Assembly: GCF_004010195.1 (NCBI RefSeq)
Contig: NC_057746.1
Span: 17,231,327-17,295,326 of the forward strand
Length of the DNA stretch: 64,000 bases
From: Chiloscyllium plagiosum
Lineage: Eukaryota
Direction: 5' to 3'
Shown: positions 1-12,709 of the stretch, piece after piece
Layout of the letters: the number at the start of each line of letters is the position of its first letter
Numbering within the stretch: the stretch's first letter is position 1
The notes under the pieces: model-generated
Database searches by the model: none
What the model saw: the letters and a program-made list of their open reading frames with translations, nothing else
Told to the model about the DNA's origin: nothing
Made by a program: the position numbers and the translations under genes

Positions 1-1000
1 ATATCTGGACACTAAGCCCAAAGATAGAGAAGAACGGATGGACAGACAATGAAGTACGTAACAATCAGCCTTAGAGAATGAATAGTTTTGGATCTCGACA
101 GTCTTCTGGACTCAATATTGAGTTTAACAAGTTAAGAGCTTGAGGCATCTTCATATTTGCTTACCCCAGCTTCCACACATCGGACCTTGTTATGACACAA
201 ATTGCTATAACACAGCATCGAGTGTTAGCCACTAGTTGTCCAGTAATAGCTGAAGTACAGTGAAACGTTTGTTTTGGTGAAGTACAGGCAGATGATACCA
301 TTCAATGTGCATAGAGTAACAGACCAAAGAATAAAATGTTACAGCTTCAGAGAAGATGTGCAAAGAACGAGATTGACATTGCAGCTTAAAGTTTGAGAGG
401 TCCATTCAGAAGTCTATAAACAGTGCAGAAGAAGTTGTCCTTGAACTTGTTAGTACAATGCATTGAAACTTGTGCATCTTTTCTTCGATGGTATAGTATG
501 GAAGAGATTATAAGGGGGTGGGAGTCTTTTTGATTGTATTGGCTGCCTTCCAAAAGCAGCAATAAGTAAAGATGGAGTCAGTGAATGGAAAATTGGCTGG
601 CATGATGGACCGGGCTGCATTCATATCTCTCATGGCTCCTTACGGTCCTGGGCAGAGCAGTTACCATACCAAGCCATGATGCATCTGAATAGAATGTTTA
701 CTATGATGCAAAATTTTGTAAGAGTCTGTTCGGGCATGCTGAATTTCCTTAGTCTCCTGACGAAGTAGGGACATTGTTGTGTTTTGCTTTGTGACCAGAA
801 CATCAGCCTAGATGGACCAGGAAAGATGGTTGCTCTTATGATTCCAAGGTTCTTGACGCTGTCACCATCTCCACATCAGCACTGTTGATATCGATAGAGC
901 CATACATTCCACCTTGCTTTCTGAAGTCAACGACCAGTTCTTCGATTTTGTTGAGTTTCAGGGAGATAATTTTACTTTTACCCTATGTCACTTAGCACTC
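1..1000 (+). repeat. Copy A of an old duplicated composite block (non-LINE flank joined to a Rex-like LINE 3' end); copy B at about 20355-21375
   Basis: Collinear similarity by eye, e.g. 'aagcccaaagatagagaagaacggatggacagacaatgaagtac' vs 20369 'aagcccaaacagagtgaagagcggatgaacaggcaatgaagtac', and 'gccactagttgtccagtaatagctgaagtacagtgaaa' vs 'gccactaattgtccactaatagctacagtatagtgaaa'. The same flank-to-LINE junction is present in both copies. Confidence 0.75.
255..1000 (-). mobile_element. Rex1/Babar-like LINE, 3' part (resumes at about 3250-3500 after a CR1 insertion)
   Basis: The 3' tail 'tacagtgaaa..ttttg...agtacaggcaga' is shared with copies at 20610 and 28830. The continuation at 3295-3516 translates to decayed RT (WFIDFLT...VRIGN...PQ..ILNALLYS.YTH.C). 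Confidence 0.7.
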
Positions 1001-1324
1001 TTGGTACATAGAACATAGAATATTACAGTGCGGTGTAGGCCTTTTGGCCCTCGATGTGTGCCGACCTGTAGAACCAATCTGGAATCCATCTAATCTACAC
1101 TTTTCAATTCTCGACCACATGCCTATCCAAATGACTATTCAAATGACGAGTCTACTACTGTTGCAGGCAATGTCTTCCATGCCTGGACTACTCTCTTAAT
1201 AAAGAAACTACCTCGGATATCTGTCCTTTATCGATCACCCCTCAATTTAAAGTTATGTCCCCTTTTGCTAGCCATCGCTAGTGGAGGAAAACGGCTCTCA
1301 CTGTCCAACCTACACAGTGGCAGT

Positions 1325-1590
1325 GGGTGGAACGGTGGCTCAGTGGTTAGCACTGTCGCCTCACAGCAACAGGGTCCCAGGTTCGACTCCACCTTGTCCG
1401 ACTGTCTGTGTGAGTTTCGTCCCACAGTCCAAAGATGTGCAGGTCAGGAGAATCGGCCATGCTAAATTGCCCATAGTGTTAGGTGCATTATTCATAGGGA
1501 AGTGGCACTAGGTGGGTTAATCTTCAGAGGGTCAGTGTGGACTTGTTGTGTGGAGGGACTGGTTCCATAGTGTAGGGAATCTAATCTAAA
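1325..1590 (+). mobile_element. HE1-type tRNA-derived SINE (internally deleted)
   Basis: A-box-like 'ggtggctcagtggttagcact', B-box-like 'ggttcgactcc', body 'ggccatgctaaattgccc', tail 'aatctaatctaa'. Confidence 0.85.
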
Positions 1591-1965
1591 ACCTATCTAA
1601 CCCACTGATGTGTCTCAATTAAGTCACCAGTCATCTTTCTTCTCTCTCGAAAAGCAGCTTCAAATCCCTCAGAATTTCCTCGTAAGACGTTCCCTCCATA
1701 CCAGGCAGCGTCCTGGTAAATCTCCTCTGACGTTTTTCCAAAACTTCCACATCCTTCCTAAAATTGGTGACAAGAACTCTACGCAATACTCCAAATGTGG
1801 CTGCACCAGAGTTCTGTAAAGTTGCAGCATGATGTCATGGTTCTGAAGCTCAGTCCCTCTACCAATAAAAGCTATCAGAGCGTATGCCTTCTTAACAACT
1901 TTAGCTACCTGGTGGCAACGTTTAAGGATCTATGTGTCTGGACACCGAGATCTCTGCTCATCCGT

Positions 1966-2325
1966 GGGCGGCACGGTGGCACAGTGGGCGGCACGGTGGC
2001 ACAGTGGTTAGCACTGCTGCCTCACAGCGCCAGAGACCCGGGTTCAATTCCCGACTCAGGCGACTGACTGTGTGGAGTTTGCACGTTCTCCCTGTGTCTG
2101 CGTGGTTTTCCTCCGGGTGCTCCGGTTTCCTCCCACAATCCAAAAATGTGCGGGTCAGGTGAATTGGCCATGCTAAATTGCCCGTAGTGTTAGGTTAAAG
2201 GGGTAATTGTAGGGGTATGGGTGGGTTGCGCTTCGGCGGGTCGGTGTGGACTTGTTGGGCCGAAGGGAATGTTTCCACACTGTAAGTAATCTAATCTAAT
2301 CTAAGTAATCTAATCTAATCTAATC
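1966..2325 (+). mobile_element. Young full-length HE1-type SINE with duplicated 5' end and (AATCT)n tail
   Basis: Sequence 'gggcggcacggtggcacagt' occurs twice, then B box 'ggttcaattcc', CR1-like 3' 'gggccgaaggg' and an AATCT repeat tail. The flanking CR1 sequence rejoins across it. Confidence 0.92.
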
Positions 2326-3999
2326 ACACTATCAAGACTCTTACCATTGCCCAGTACTTTGCATTCCTGTTACTCCTTCCAAAGTGAATTTCCTCACATT
2401 TTTCCACATTAATCATTATTTTTCACTTCTCAGACCAACTCTGCATTTTATCTATGTCTCTCTGTAACCTACAACATCCTTCATCACTATTCACAACTCT
2501 ACCGACCTTAGGGTCATCCACAAATTTACTAAGCCATCCCTCTATGCCCACATTCAGAACATTTGTAAAAATGACAAATAACAGTTGACCCAAAGCAGAT
2601 CCTTGCGGTACCCCACTGGTGACTGAACTCCAGGATGAATATTTCCCATCAACCAACCAAGCAATTTCTGACCCAAACCGCTAAATCACCCTTAATCCCA
2701 TGCATCTGCATTTTGTGCATTAGCCTACTGTGGGGAACCTAATCAAATACCATATTAAAATCCATATACACCTGATCGACATGTTTGGTCACCCTCTCAA
2801 AGAACTCATTAAGTTTCGTGATGCACGACCTACCATTCACAAAACAGTGTTGACTATCCCTAATCAACTTATTTCTTTTCAGATGATTATAAATCCTATC
2901 TCTTAGAAATCTTTCCAAAACTTTACCCACAACCGAAGTAAGGCTCACTGGTCTATAATTTTCAGTGTTGTATCTACTCCCCTTCTTGAACAAGGGGACG
3001 ACATATGCTATCCTCCAGTCTTCTGGCACTATTCCTGTAGACAATGACAACATAAGGATCAAAACCAAAAGCGCGGCAATCTCCTCCATTGCTTCCCTCA
3101 GAATACTAGGATAAATTCCGGCCGGCCCACAGGATTTATATATTTTTAGACTTTCCAGAATTGCTAACACCTCCTCCTTCTGCTCCTCAATCCCATCTAG
3201 TCTAGTAGCCTGAACTCATTATTCTCCTCGAATGCGTTTCTTTGCTAATATAGATCTTTCCTGTATGCCGTCACAAAATTGTTTGAGGCCCAGCCTATAA
3301 CAGCGATGTCTTAGCGGATTTGTAGATGTAGTTAGGACGAAATTTGGTCATACATTTATGAGTGTATTGAGAGTATAGCAGGGCGTTGAGTATCAAGACT
3401 TGCGGGGAATCACTGATGAGCATTTTCATGCAGAAGGTTTTGTTGCCTATTCTCACTGCTTTCGGTGCGTGAGTCAGGAAGTCAATGAACCAATTGCAGC
3501 CAACCAAAGCAGCCAAATGCCAACTAACAAATACAATGATAATAACCTAGCTTTGCATTACATAACGAAGGAACATTATCAATTATTTTTATAGGCTTGT
3601 ATACAAATTTAAAAAAAGTTTTTAAAACAGAGCAAAAGACGTTGTTACTAGAACTACAGTATTTTATTTTCAGCCTTCGATGACAAATGACCACAAAATA
3701 ATCAAAGTGGAATGTGATGGTGAACCAAACAAAACAGTCTCTAAATGCATAATGCAGGGAAATGATGAGACAGCATGCAGGCATAATGCCTGGATATGTT
3801 CTGGAAAAATGTTACAAGCTGAAGTATAACAGTATGAACTCAATGATAATGAACATTAGATCCGCTGTTGCCATGGTAACAAGGTAGCGAGTAGCACAGG
3901 TGGAAAAAACGCATTTTCCATAGGATAAGGTCAAAATTGAATTAAATTAACTGTAAAAAAAATGAAAGCAAATTACTGATCAAATATTCCCCTTGGCTG

Positions 4000-6321
4000 A
4001 GTTAAGTGAGTAACAGCAGAATATCTAACATCACAACAAATGGCTTGCTTTTCAGCGAATAATTTATACACTCTCAAACCTGACCCCAAGACCTAACGTT
4101 CATGGATGTAAAGAAGTGGCCATCATTGTTGAAAGTGTTGGCATGCTATCATCTCAAGCGAGGTTTGGTGCTGACATTAGGATAGTGTTGGCTGCAGATG
4201 TCCCAATGGAGAGGAACACCCAATAGCCTAAGCCTCCCAGAGTTTGGCAGAGCCCGAGTGCAAATACACGAAGATAAAACAGGAGAATTTGGTAATCATT
4301 CTGGAGCGAAAACTTCTAACAATATCTTTACAGATGTAAATTTGTGCTAGTAACAGACCACAAAAACCTGCCAAGGCTAGTCAATGAAAATGAGGTGGTA
4401 TTGCTCACAGCTTCAGGTCAAATTCAGTAATGGACTCTAAAACAAAATGTATTCAATTACAAATTGGAATATCATCCAAGAGGCCAAATAAGAAATGCAG
4501 ATGCCTTGAACCGTCTTCTGCTGGCAGATGCACCATTGGTGGTGCCGACAGTTAAAGTGTCTGTTGTGGTTTTAAATTTTCTGGTCACCCTTCCAGGCAT
4601 TGCTGATGATATCAGACCGTAGAAGTAAAAAGATCCGGTTCTGGAGAAAAAAATTGCAACAGCTGTTGGTGATGGGGAAACGAAAGGGCCATCACAACTA
4701 GAATTGAAACCTTTCTAAACTAGGTGGGGCCAGATAACCAGAATGGACGACATTTTATTATGGGGAGCAAAAGTAATCGTCCTGAGCACGTTTCACTGCC
4801 AGATTCCGGCTGAATGCCACCATGCAAACACTTTGAGTGTGCATTCACAAGAACTGTGAGCCCATGAAAGGGCTGTCACGTGTAAACTCATTCAGGGGTT
4901 TGCAGAATGAAGATGCTGGCGAGACGTTATGTCTCATGGCCACGACTGCACGCTGATATAACCACCTTAGTGGCAGCAGTGCCCAGCGTACCAATAAGGA
5001 CAGAAATTCCGACTAGCAGCTCCCATTCAATCGTGGGATTGGCCAGGTAAACGCTGGACTCAGTCACACATCGACAACATCAGCCTTTTCCTGGGCTTAA
5101 TGTTCTTAATCATTGTGGATGCCCACTTAAAGATCTAGGATGTACATAGAAGTCATTCATCTCACATGGGCACACCGATAGAAAAACTGCGAGCATATTT
5201 TGCAATACACTGGCTCCCAATAGTCTTAGTCACAGACAATGATCCCTCATTGACCAGAAGGGCATTCGAAAATTTCTGAAAGTTGAATAACATTTGGTAT
5301 CTAAGGACAGCTCCATACCATCCATTATCAAATGGTATTAGGAAAGAGAAGTCCTAATTTAGAAAACAGGCTTGAAGAAGCCGCCTATGGCTGCACACAA
5401 TACTAAAAAATTCGGTTCCTATTTGATTATCAGATCATTCCTCATGCAACTACAAGGATTGGTCGAGGAGAAGAGCTGACAATGGGGAGAGGACACAGCA
5501 CGAGTTTAATTCAGATCTTCATGAATCTGAGGGTCCTGGAGGAGAGCGGTTGGGGAGAGTTCAAGCCAATGCTTGGCACAAGACACATCTAATCGAAAAA
5601 TAATTTACTTCGGGGTTAGGTTTGATGTTTGATGTTTAAACCATTAAAATTGCCCAATATGGATAAAAAGCAAGTTCCACGTTAGGTCAGGTACCATGAC
5701 GTGCAACGTTTTTGTATGTGTGGCAATCTTGAACAGGAACATGGAACACATAAAAACTACAAATTGTCAAGCAGAGCAGGAGAAAATCATAGCTGGTCCC
5801 TTACAACAGCTGGAAAGGTTTTTGGAAACTTTGGTTTCTCTACCATCGTTTCGGGTCAGAGAAACATCCGAGTCTGAGGTGGACACTGCAGATCTCGCAG
5901 CCTCGAGGTATTTACCACTTGAAGTGAAGGATGTTTTTTTTTTCCCAAGACGCTTCATGAGCACGAGGCAGGCTATGATCGAACGGATGCTGCTGGTATT
6001 CGAGGCGCAGTTGCAGAATCCGGACCTGGTGTGGAAACACTCTGGGGGAAGGTTCAAGGAAACGACGTGGTCTAAGTCCTCAGACTCAGTGGGGGAGGGA
6101 TGTACTGATTGTAACGTGGTCAGCCAGGTGGATATCCCTGATTGGAGCAGTTAATCTAGAGTAATTAGGGAGTTCCGGCTGACAGATGTAAACAAGACTG
6201 ACAGAGGCACGATCCAGTCTGACAGCTGGCTCTATGGGGCCTGGATCAATGTCAAGAACTCTACACATATAAAGAAAATTTGGCATGGTGACGGGTTAAT
6301 GGCCTCTGTGGATTCATTTTA
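4000..6321 (+). mobile_element. Gypsy/Ty3 LTR retrotransposon remnant (RNase H, integrase, PPT, 3' LTR)
   Basis: Decayed motifs: 'gtaacagaccacaaaaacct' (TDHKP-like), NADAL.RL, WDWPGK.W...HID, MFLIIVDAH, VTDND and APYHP.SNG. Polypurine tract GGGGGAGGGA at 6091-6100 is directly followed by TGT at 6101, the LTR start. Confidence 0.85.
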
Positions 6322-6539
6322 AGGTGCATTTGCCAATTCCACGTTAGAGCATGGGAACAATAAAATGACAGCTCAACCTCTTCCCTTTGTGAACTGAAGG
6401 CAGTAAGTCTGGTGGCGCAGTGGCAGTATCCTTATCTGCAGACCAGAGGAACTACCCCAGAGATGTATTACAACCCTTAGATCAGGCTGTTTAAGGAAAA
6501 TACGAAAATAGTTATCTTGAGGAGTATGACTGTCTTTTG

Positions 6540-7085
6540 GTTGGCCTGTTAATAAAGAAGGTGAAGTCACATGAGGTCCGTGGTGAGCTAGTAAGATGGA
6601 TACAGGACTGGCTTGATAATACAGGACAGAAAGTAGCAGTGGAAGAGTGTTTTTCTGATTGGAGATTTGTGACCAGCGGTGTTCTGTCTGGAGCAGTGAT
6701 TGGATTCCAATTGTTAGTAACTTATCTAAATGTTTAAGCGGTGAATATAGGTACTCTGATTAGCAAGTTTGCAGATGACACAAAGTTTGTGGGAGCTCTG
6801 GAAACTTAGCTTGATTGCTGGAGGATGTAGCAGAGTACTGAGAATTTTGAGAAATCGGCTGAGAAATGGCATATGGATTTCAACATGGACAGTTACGAGG
6901 TGATGCGTTTTGGAAGGTCAAATGCAAGAAGAAAGTATACAGTAAATGGCAGAATCCTTAGATATATTAGCATGCACAAGCATCTAGGCATGAAAGTCAA
7001 CAATTTACTCAAAATGGCAACCTAAGTGAATATGTTGGTCAAGAAAATGTATAACATGCTCGCCTTTATCTGTTAAGGCATTAAC
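6540..7085 (+). mobile_element. CR1 LINE RT fragment
   Basis: Translates to LVRWIQDWL...WRFVTSGV, and contains 'aagtttgcagatgacacaaag' (KFADDTK). Confidence 0.85.
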
Positions 7086-7501
7086 ACTTATTCACCAAAT
7101 GTCTCGGTTTGAAGCAGTAAGTCATTTACAATTGCAAGATCTACTGGAAACCCCAAGTGACATGCGCTATCACATAGAATATGGCTTTGACTTTAACTGG
7201 AACTTTTTGTCAAATATATATTTTTAAAATGCAAAGAGTTAACAGGATGTCTGGCATCATCTATGGATATAGAAGTAGAGGCAATGTTTCGTGTCGAATA
7301 TGAATCTTTTCCAGAACTGAATAGAAAGATCGGTGAGGGGAATTGGAACAGGAGGAAATGTCAGGGGACGTAAGAAATAGGGTATTATCGAGATCATAAG
7401 TGTCAGACGTGAAAAGGCAAGGGGAGTGATAATGGCTGTAGAGGACGTAGAGAGTGCACAGTTACGAGAGTGGATGGTAATGTTTACTTGTCGTTCAGAA
7501 A

Positions 7502-7535
7502 GTGTGTGTGTGTGTGTAAGTCGGATCNNNNNNNN

Positions 7536-7570
<35 letters not shown>

Positions 7571-7585
7571 AAGTGAGAGAGAGAG
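7502..7585. repeat. (TG)n/(GA)n compound microsatellite with a small N gap
   Basis: Directly visible dinucleotide runs. Confidence 0.95.
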
Positions 7586-9099
7586 CCTAGCTGGTGCAAC
7601 ATTTAGTGCACATCCCTAATTTTCCAGGATTTAAGAGTTAATAGCAATGCCATGGGTCTTGAATCGCATGTATGCAAGACTATGTAAGGGTTGACAAAAC
7701 CCCTTCTGTGAAGGGCATTATTACAGTAATGTTTTTGCACATGATCAATGATAGAATATTTAAGCACGTTTGTATTAATTTTGAAATCGTGCATCTGCAG
7801 GAGTGCATAATCACCAAGAGAGTTTTCACTGTAGATATGAACAGGCAGATATGGTTCACATGAATACGTGCTTGGTTGAACTAGAAGTTTCCACTTGCAC
7901 CATCACACTAGGCAGTGATTACTAGCTCATTACTGAGTGGTAATGCTTTGCTTCAAATCATCCGTCATCTCTTGCCCTAAATTGTAAAATGATGTCTCCT
8001 AATCCTTGTAAAATTAAATAAAGGACAACGCCACTCTGATCGAAACTTTGCCTAGTTTCTGACATCTCTGACAAGCATAATTGTCTAGCGAAATTTTAAT
8101 GGTTTTTACTAAATTACCAGTCTTTGAGGAGCTAGTCCGGAATCATCAGTATAATGTTAACCATCTCCTGGGGTTTTGTGTGACAGAACAAAATGAAGGA
8201 TCAAAGTCAAAGAAGTAGCAATAAGGATAAAGAAGCTGGAACGTACACACAAAAAAGGATAATATTGAGGAGAAAAGAACTACACTCTGCCATCAGGATA
8301 GGATATGAGATATTCATGTCACAGTGTTTTGTAAATTGCGACTGAATGTTATTTTTCACATATGGGTTTGTGTACCTTTGTCTCAAAGCTGCTCCAGATG
8401 TGAACTTAATTGCCACGCCCAATCACTTTCCTGTTGATGGTAATACTGGACCAGTCAGATGCCAGAATGAAACCTGCTTTCATAGATCAAATGCGTGCAA
8501 TTGGCTATCATGATGCCGTATGACTGAACATATTCACATGAAGCTGTCAGTGTTCCTTAATTCAGGCTTATGTCAGAAGAGTGAGAAAGAACCAACAAAA
8601 CCATGTATAAAAGCGTGGCAGTTTAGAAGTATCTCAATATGAATAGAAAACAATAGACACTCAATCCTTCTCCCAACAAAAATCCTTCCAAGATACTCAA
8701 CCCAAGAAAAATATTCATCCTACATTGACTCTTCAATTTCCCAGTTCACTTTCAAGTTTTCCTTTTCGGACAGGTGAAATAATTTTCTGACTCCTTTTCA
8801 GTTCTGATAAACGCTCTTATTTCAGTTCTGATAATATGATAACTTACAAATAAACTTGCACACTAATGGCTCCTGTCCTGTCTTTTCTGATTGTTTTACT
8901 CTCAGCAGTTTAAATATTTCATTATTTTTTTCTGCTAATCCATTGCAATTTAGGTACAACCGGCATGGTAATTGTGTTTCCCTAATTTCCATTGAAGTGA
9001 TTTGTGTCCATTTCACAGAGCTGATAAAAGTCAGCTGCAGTACTTTGGATCTGGAAGCCAATGTTGGGAAAAGTCCTTAAGCCCAGAAAATAAATGGGA

Positions 9100-9810
9100 A
9101 AATCAGACCATTTGTCTGATTAATTCTGCTCTGCCATTTGATCATGACTGATGTATTTCTCAACTCAATTTTCCTGCCTTCTCCCTATAACCGTTGATTC
9201 CCTTCAGAATCAAGAGCCTACTTATCTCTGCCTTAACTATACTCAATGACTTGACCTCCACAACCCTCTGTGGCAATGAGTTCCATAGATTCGCCATCCT
9301 CTTGCTCGAGAAATTCCCGTAAACTCAGTTCTGAAATGTAATTTCTTAGTGCTGAAGCTGTGCTCTCGAATCCTCATCTATTGAATGAATGGAAACATCT
9401 TCTGCACGCCCACTCTATCCAGGCTTCTCAATGTTATGTAAATTTCACTGAGATCCCCCTCATCCTTCTAAACTCCATCGAAAAGAGACACAAAGTCTTT
9501 ACTCGTTCCTCACAAGACAAGCTCTTCAGCTTGGTGATCATTTTTGTCCAAATTCCCTGAACCCTCTCGAAAACCAAAAAAAAAAACGCACTTTAGTTAC
9601 AGGGACCAAAATTGATCACAGTATTCCAAATATGCTCTGACTAGAGCCTTCTACTACCCCAGAAGTACATCCCTGCTCTTGCATTCTAGCCATCTTGATA
9701 CTAATCCTAACATTGTCTTCCAAATTACCAACTGAACATACATATTAACCTCAAGAAAATCCTGAACAAGGACTCCTCAGTCCCTTTGAGCTTCAGATTT
9801 CTGAACTCAA
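9100..9810 (-). mobile_element. CR1 LINE 3' fragment
   Basis: Resembles the minus-strand CR1 3' end at 50950-51550 ('cctgccttctccctataaccgttgattccc', 'cttctaaactcca', 'cagtattccaaat'). Confidence 0.75.
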
Positions 9811-10203
9811 CTTTAAATGGGTGAAATCAGGAAAGATTTGCTCATTACAATCTAAGAGACACTGGACATTCTCTGGCCAAGACAATTATTTCCCAATCGA
9901 TAATTAATTCTACGACCATGTGTACTAACTTTCTGTTAATCGACGTTTTTACAGATGATGAGGCAAAGATTTCAACGTGGAGTTCAGATCCCAGATCAGA
10001 GTTGAGTGAACAATTAGGACCTAAGGTTATGTGGCTGCTCAACTATTCCTAAAGTCCACTTTCTGCTGCAATGTGAATCAAAAACTGAACGTATTAGGGA
10101 AACTCAGTAGGTCTTGTAACATCTTCGAAGAGAAAGCAGAGTTAACATTGAGTCCAATGAACCTACTGTAGCGACGTTCTCAACTAATTCCATCCTATTC
10201 TGT

Positions 10204-10989
10204 TGTTATGAAGTCGAAGGTGTTACTGTACCTTTAAGAAAGAATGACTGCTGCTTTGAACTGAGAGCTGACAAGCACCTGCGATGACCAGCTAAGAGTC
10301 TCAGAGTCTACTGGAAAATTGAAAACATGTAATATTTAGTTGTGAAATAGATACTTGAGATGGTTGCTGTTTTGACAACAATTCGAATTTAACTAATCAG
10401 TTCAAATAATGCTCCAGGATACGAAAACTCAATCGACTTTAAATGTATTGCTTTTGCCAACTCCAAACACCATGAAACAATCTGATGTTAGGGGTATTTA
10501 AGAAAAAAGGAATTTTGAAAGTCAGACAGAGCAACTGCCATTGAGAGATTAACTCCCATCGAGAAAGACTGCCATTCAAAAACAATCTGTATGAAAGATA
10601 CCTTTTTCTTAAGAGACATACTCGCAGTAAAAGAAAGAAGATGACCCAGGGAGATCTATAGCCGAACGAAGTCAGACACCAGAGACGACAGCCACTGTTT
10701 TGAAATCAAGTTGATGTAATTTTAACAAGTTTTTAAATTTAACCAGGATATTGTTATAGAGTTGGATGCAGGTAATAACCAGTTAAGAGAAGGGAATGGG
10801 GCTTACAGCTGAGAATGGTTGATGTTTAATATTCACTTTTCCAGTTAAGGAATGGATTGATATTATTTTCTTTAAATAGTGGAATTTGGGAGTTCTCTGC
10901 CACTCATATTTTAAAAGAATATGAGGCAATTTGAGTTTTTCTAGATGTTTGGTTTAATTACCAGAAGGGTTCACCACAATGTCATAACA
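10204..10989. mobile_element. Solo LTR (about 786 bp)
   Basis: Perfect 8-bp inverted termini TGTTATGA...TCATAACA. Flanks TCTGT and TCTTT match 4/5, a candidate 5-bp target-site duplication. No internal coding sequence. Confidence 0.7.
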
Positions 10990-11549
10990 TCTTTTCACTT
11001 CTCTGCTGTAACATCTCCGTTAAAGAAAACCTATCTCCACTCCTTTAAGAAAAGAAACAAGCACTGAAATATGTACAATTATCCTCTCCTGCTGAACTCC
11101 TGTATCTTACATAATTTACCAGAATGTTTATAGCTGTTAACCCGTGCTGTTGATTATTTTAAGAGAATAGCACAGGAGTTTCTTTCTGAAATCTAAAATA
11201 TTCCTTCGTGATATTTGATAGCAGCCATTCCCAGTTTATTGAGCAAGAGTCAATGTTACATTAACATGCAGAGAGAATTCAAAGAATCGTTGAAAGGTAC
11301 TTGAATTAATTCAAAATGTGCATTTGTCCAACCGAAATCGTTGGCAGGAATCAATACTGATTCAATACAGTGGAAATGTATATCGAGTGATAACGCACAG
11401 CCCTTCGATTGGAGTCACCAATTTATTGCTAAATGATCTGAATGAAGGCCCTGACTTGAGAATATTGCAAGGTATTCCGTTAGCAGGGTCAGGTTTGTAT
11501 TCAATGAAACTTTGTTGTATCCTTACTGCAGCAGTTTTCCTCATTGAGC

Positions 11550-12445
11550 TCATCTACAATTGAGAGTGAAGGGATATTTTATGGCACGTAGCAACTCCTG
11601 TCTGAACTTACTTTGGGTCACTGCATAAATGGCTGTGTTTGTGCAGCAGCTGAGTAGCTGAAGCATAACTCCTGTTTTTTCATAAATTTCATAAGGGCTA
11701 AGTAGAGATGAGAGAATAAAGACACCTGCAATTCGATAATGTAGGAAATATGTGACTGTCGTTATCCAGAGCAAGATAAAGCTGCCAGATATTGCAAAAA
11801 GTAAGATAATGGACCTTCTGCGATTCTTCATCTCAGGGTCTTTGTCTTTTTCATCATTACTGCTGTGGACTCGGAGGTTCTTTCGGGCTTGACTGGCTAC
11901 TAAAATGTGCCTGACAGTGAGGATGTTCAAAGATAAAATCAAGATGAATGGAAGAATTGGTGTTAACAGCTGTTCAATCCAAGAAAATGCCATCGCTGCA
12001 GATTGAAAATAAATCACTGGTGATACAAAACAACCACGTGGTATACTATTCACTCGCTCATAAGGAATGTACAAGAAAGCCCAGGGAATGTTTTTTAAAC
12101 AGAAGACCAAGGTCAACACTATGATCATCATCGCAGCAGTTTTCACTGTACAATATTTTGATTTCAGCTCCTGACAACAAATGGCTACAAAACGATCAAA
12201 AGTAAAAGCAACTGTGAACCAGACAGAGATATCTATGGCAGTCGGAGAAAGAAAAAGAATAAATTTACAAACAGAAGTGTACAGCAGCACCGAGTCCCTC
12301 CAATAAATTGCAGCAATCTGATTTAATGTTACGTTGAAGATAATCACTATTAAATCTGCTGTCGCCATTGCCACCAGGTAAACCGTGATGCACTTTGATA
12401 GACCACATTTCCCACGACATAAGATCACAATCGCCATCAAGTTCA
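11550..12445 (-). CDS. GPR139-like rhodopsin-family (class A) GPCR, coding exon 2 (end of TM1 to TM7); spliced protein 321 aa
   Basis: Seven hydrophobic segments across both exons. Motifs ILCRGKCGLSKC, YLVAMATADL (TM2), SVCKF plus FTFDRFVAICC (TM3), ECL2 Cys, DPEMKNRRRSIILLF (ICL3/TM6) and LLSCCTNTAIY (TM7). Acceptor 'ttttcaatttctcacAG' at 12447-12446 is phase 1 and joins exon 1 in frame as ...GVP-V-NLMAIV. Stop TGA at 11552-11550. Confidence 0.92.
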
Positions 12446-12709
12446 CTGTGAGAAATTGAAAAGTTAACAGAAACATATCAGGCTGTAGCCAACAATAATT
12501 ACTCAACTGCCATGAGATTGACATTTCGTTTTCTCTTTGCAGTCTGCTTTTCTGTGCTGAAATTTCTCATCAATCTCATGGATTAAATGTGGCATGATTC
12601 AAAGGGTAGTGCTGAAATCAATCCCACTATGTCTGGAATCTTTACAGCTGCTAGACATTTTAAAGAGTCCACAAAGATTCCTCAAGATACCTGATCTTTG
12701 ACAGAAAGC

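Larger units (their letters stand above)
1006..3250 (-). mobile_element. CR1 (HER1-like) LINE, 5'-truncated and decayed, interrupted by two HE1 SINEs
   Basis: ORF fragments [36 protein letters not shown] and KFVDDPK; 3' tail 'catagaacatagaa' at about 1007-1020. Confidence 0.9.

Noticed and set aside
1966-2060. tRNA gene-like A/B boxes
   Set aside because: These are SINE heads followed by the HE1 body and tail, not a complete tRNA.
5696-6154. 152-aa ORF as a host gene
   Set aside because: It lies in the post-integrase region of the Gypsy remnant and runs through the PPT into the LTR.
8207-8422. MNISYPILMA, resembling the exon 1 YYPILA motif
   Set aside because: No G-V/A-x-G|GT donor at the expected position.
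12446-12524. N-terminal MSISWQLSNYCWLQPDMFLLTFQFLT of the 324-aa ORF
   Set aside because: It is the intron end (pyrimidine tract plus AG); the real TM1 start is supplied by exon 1 at 14829-14760.
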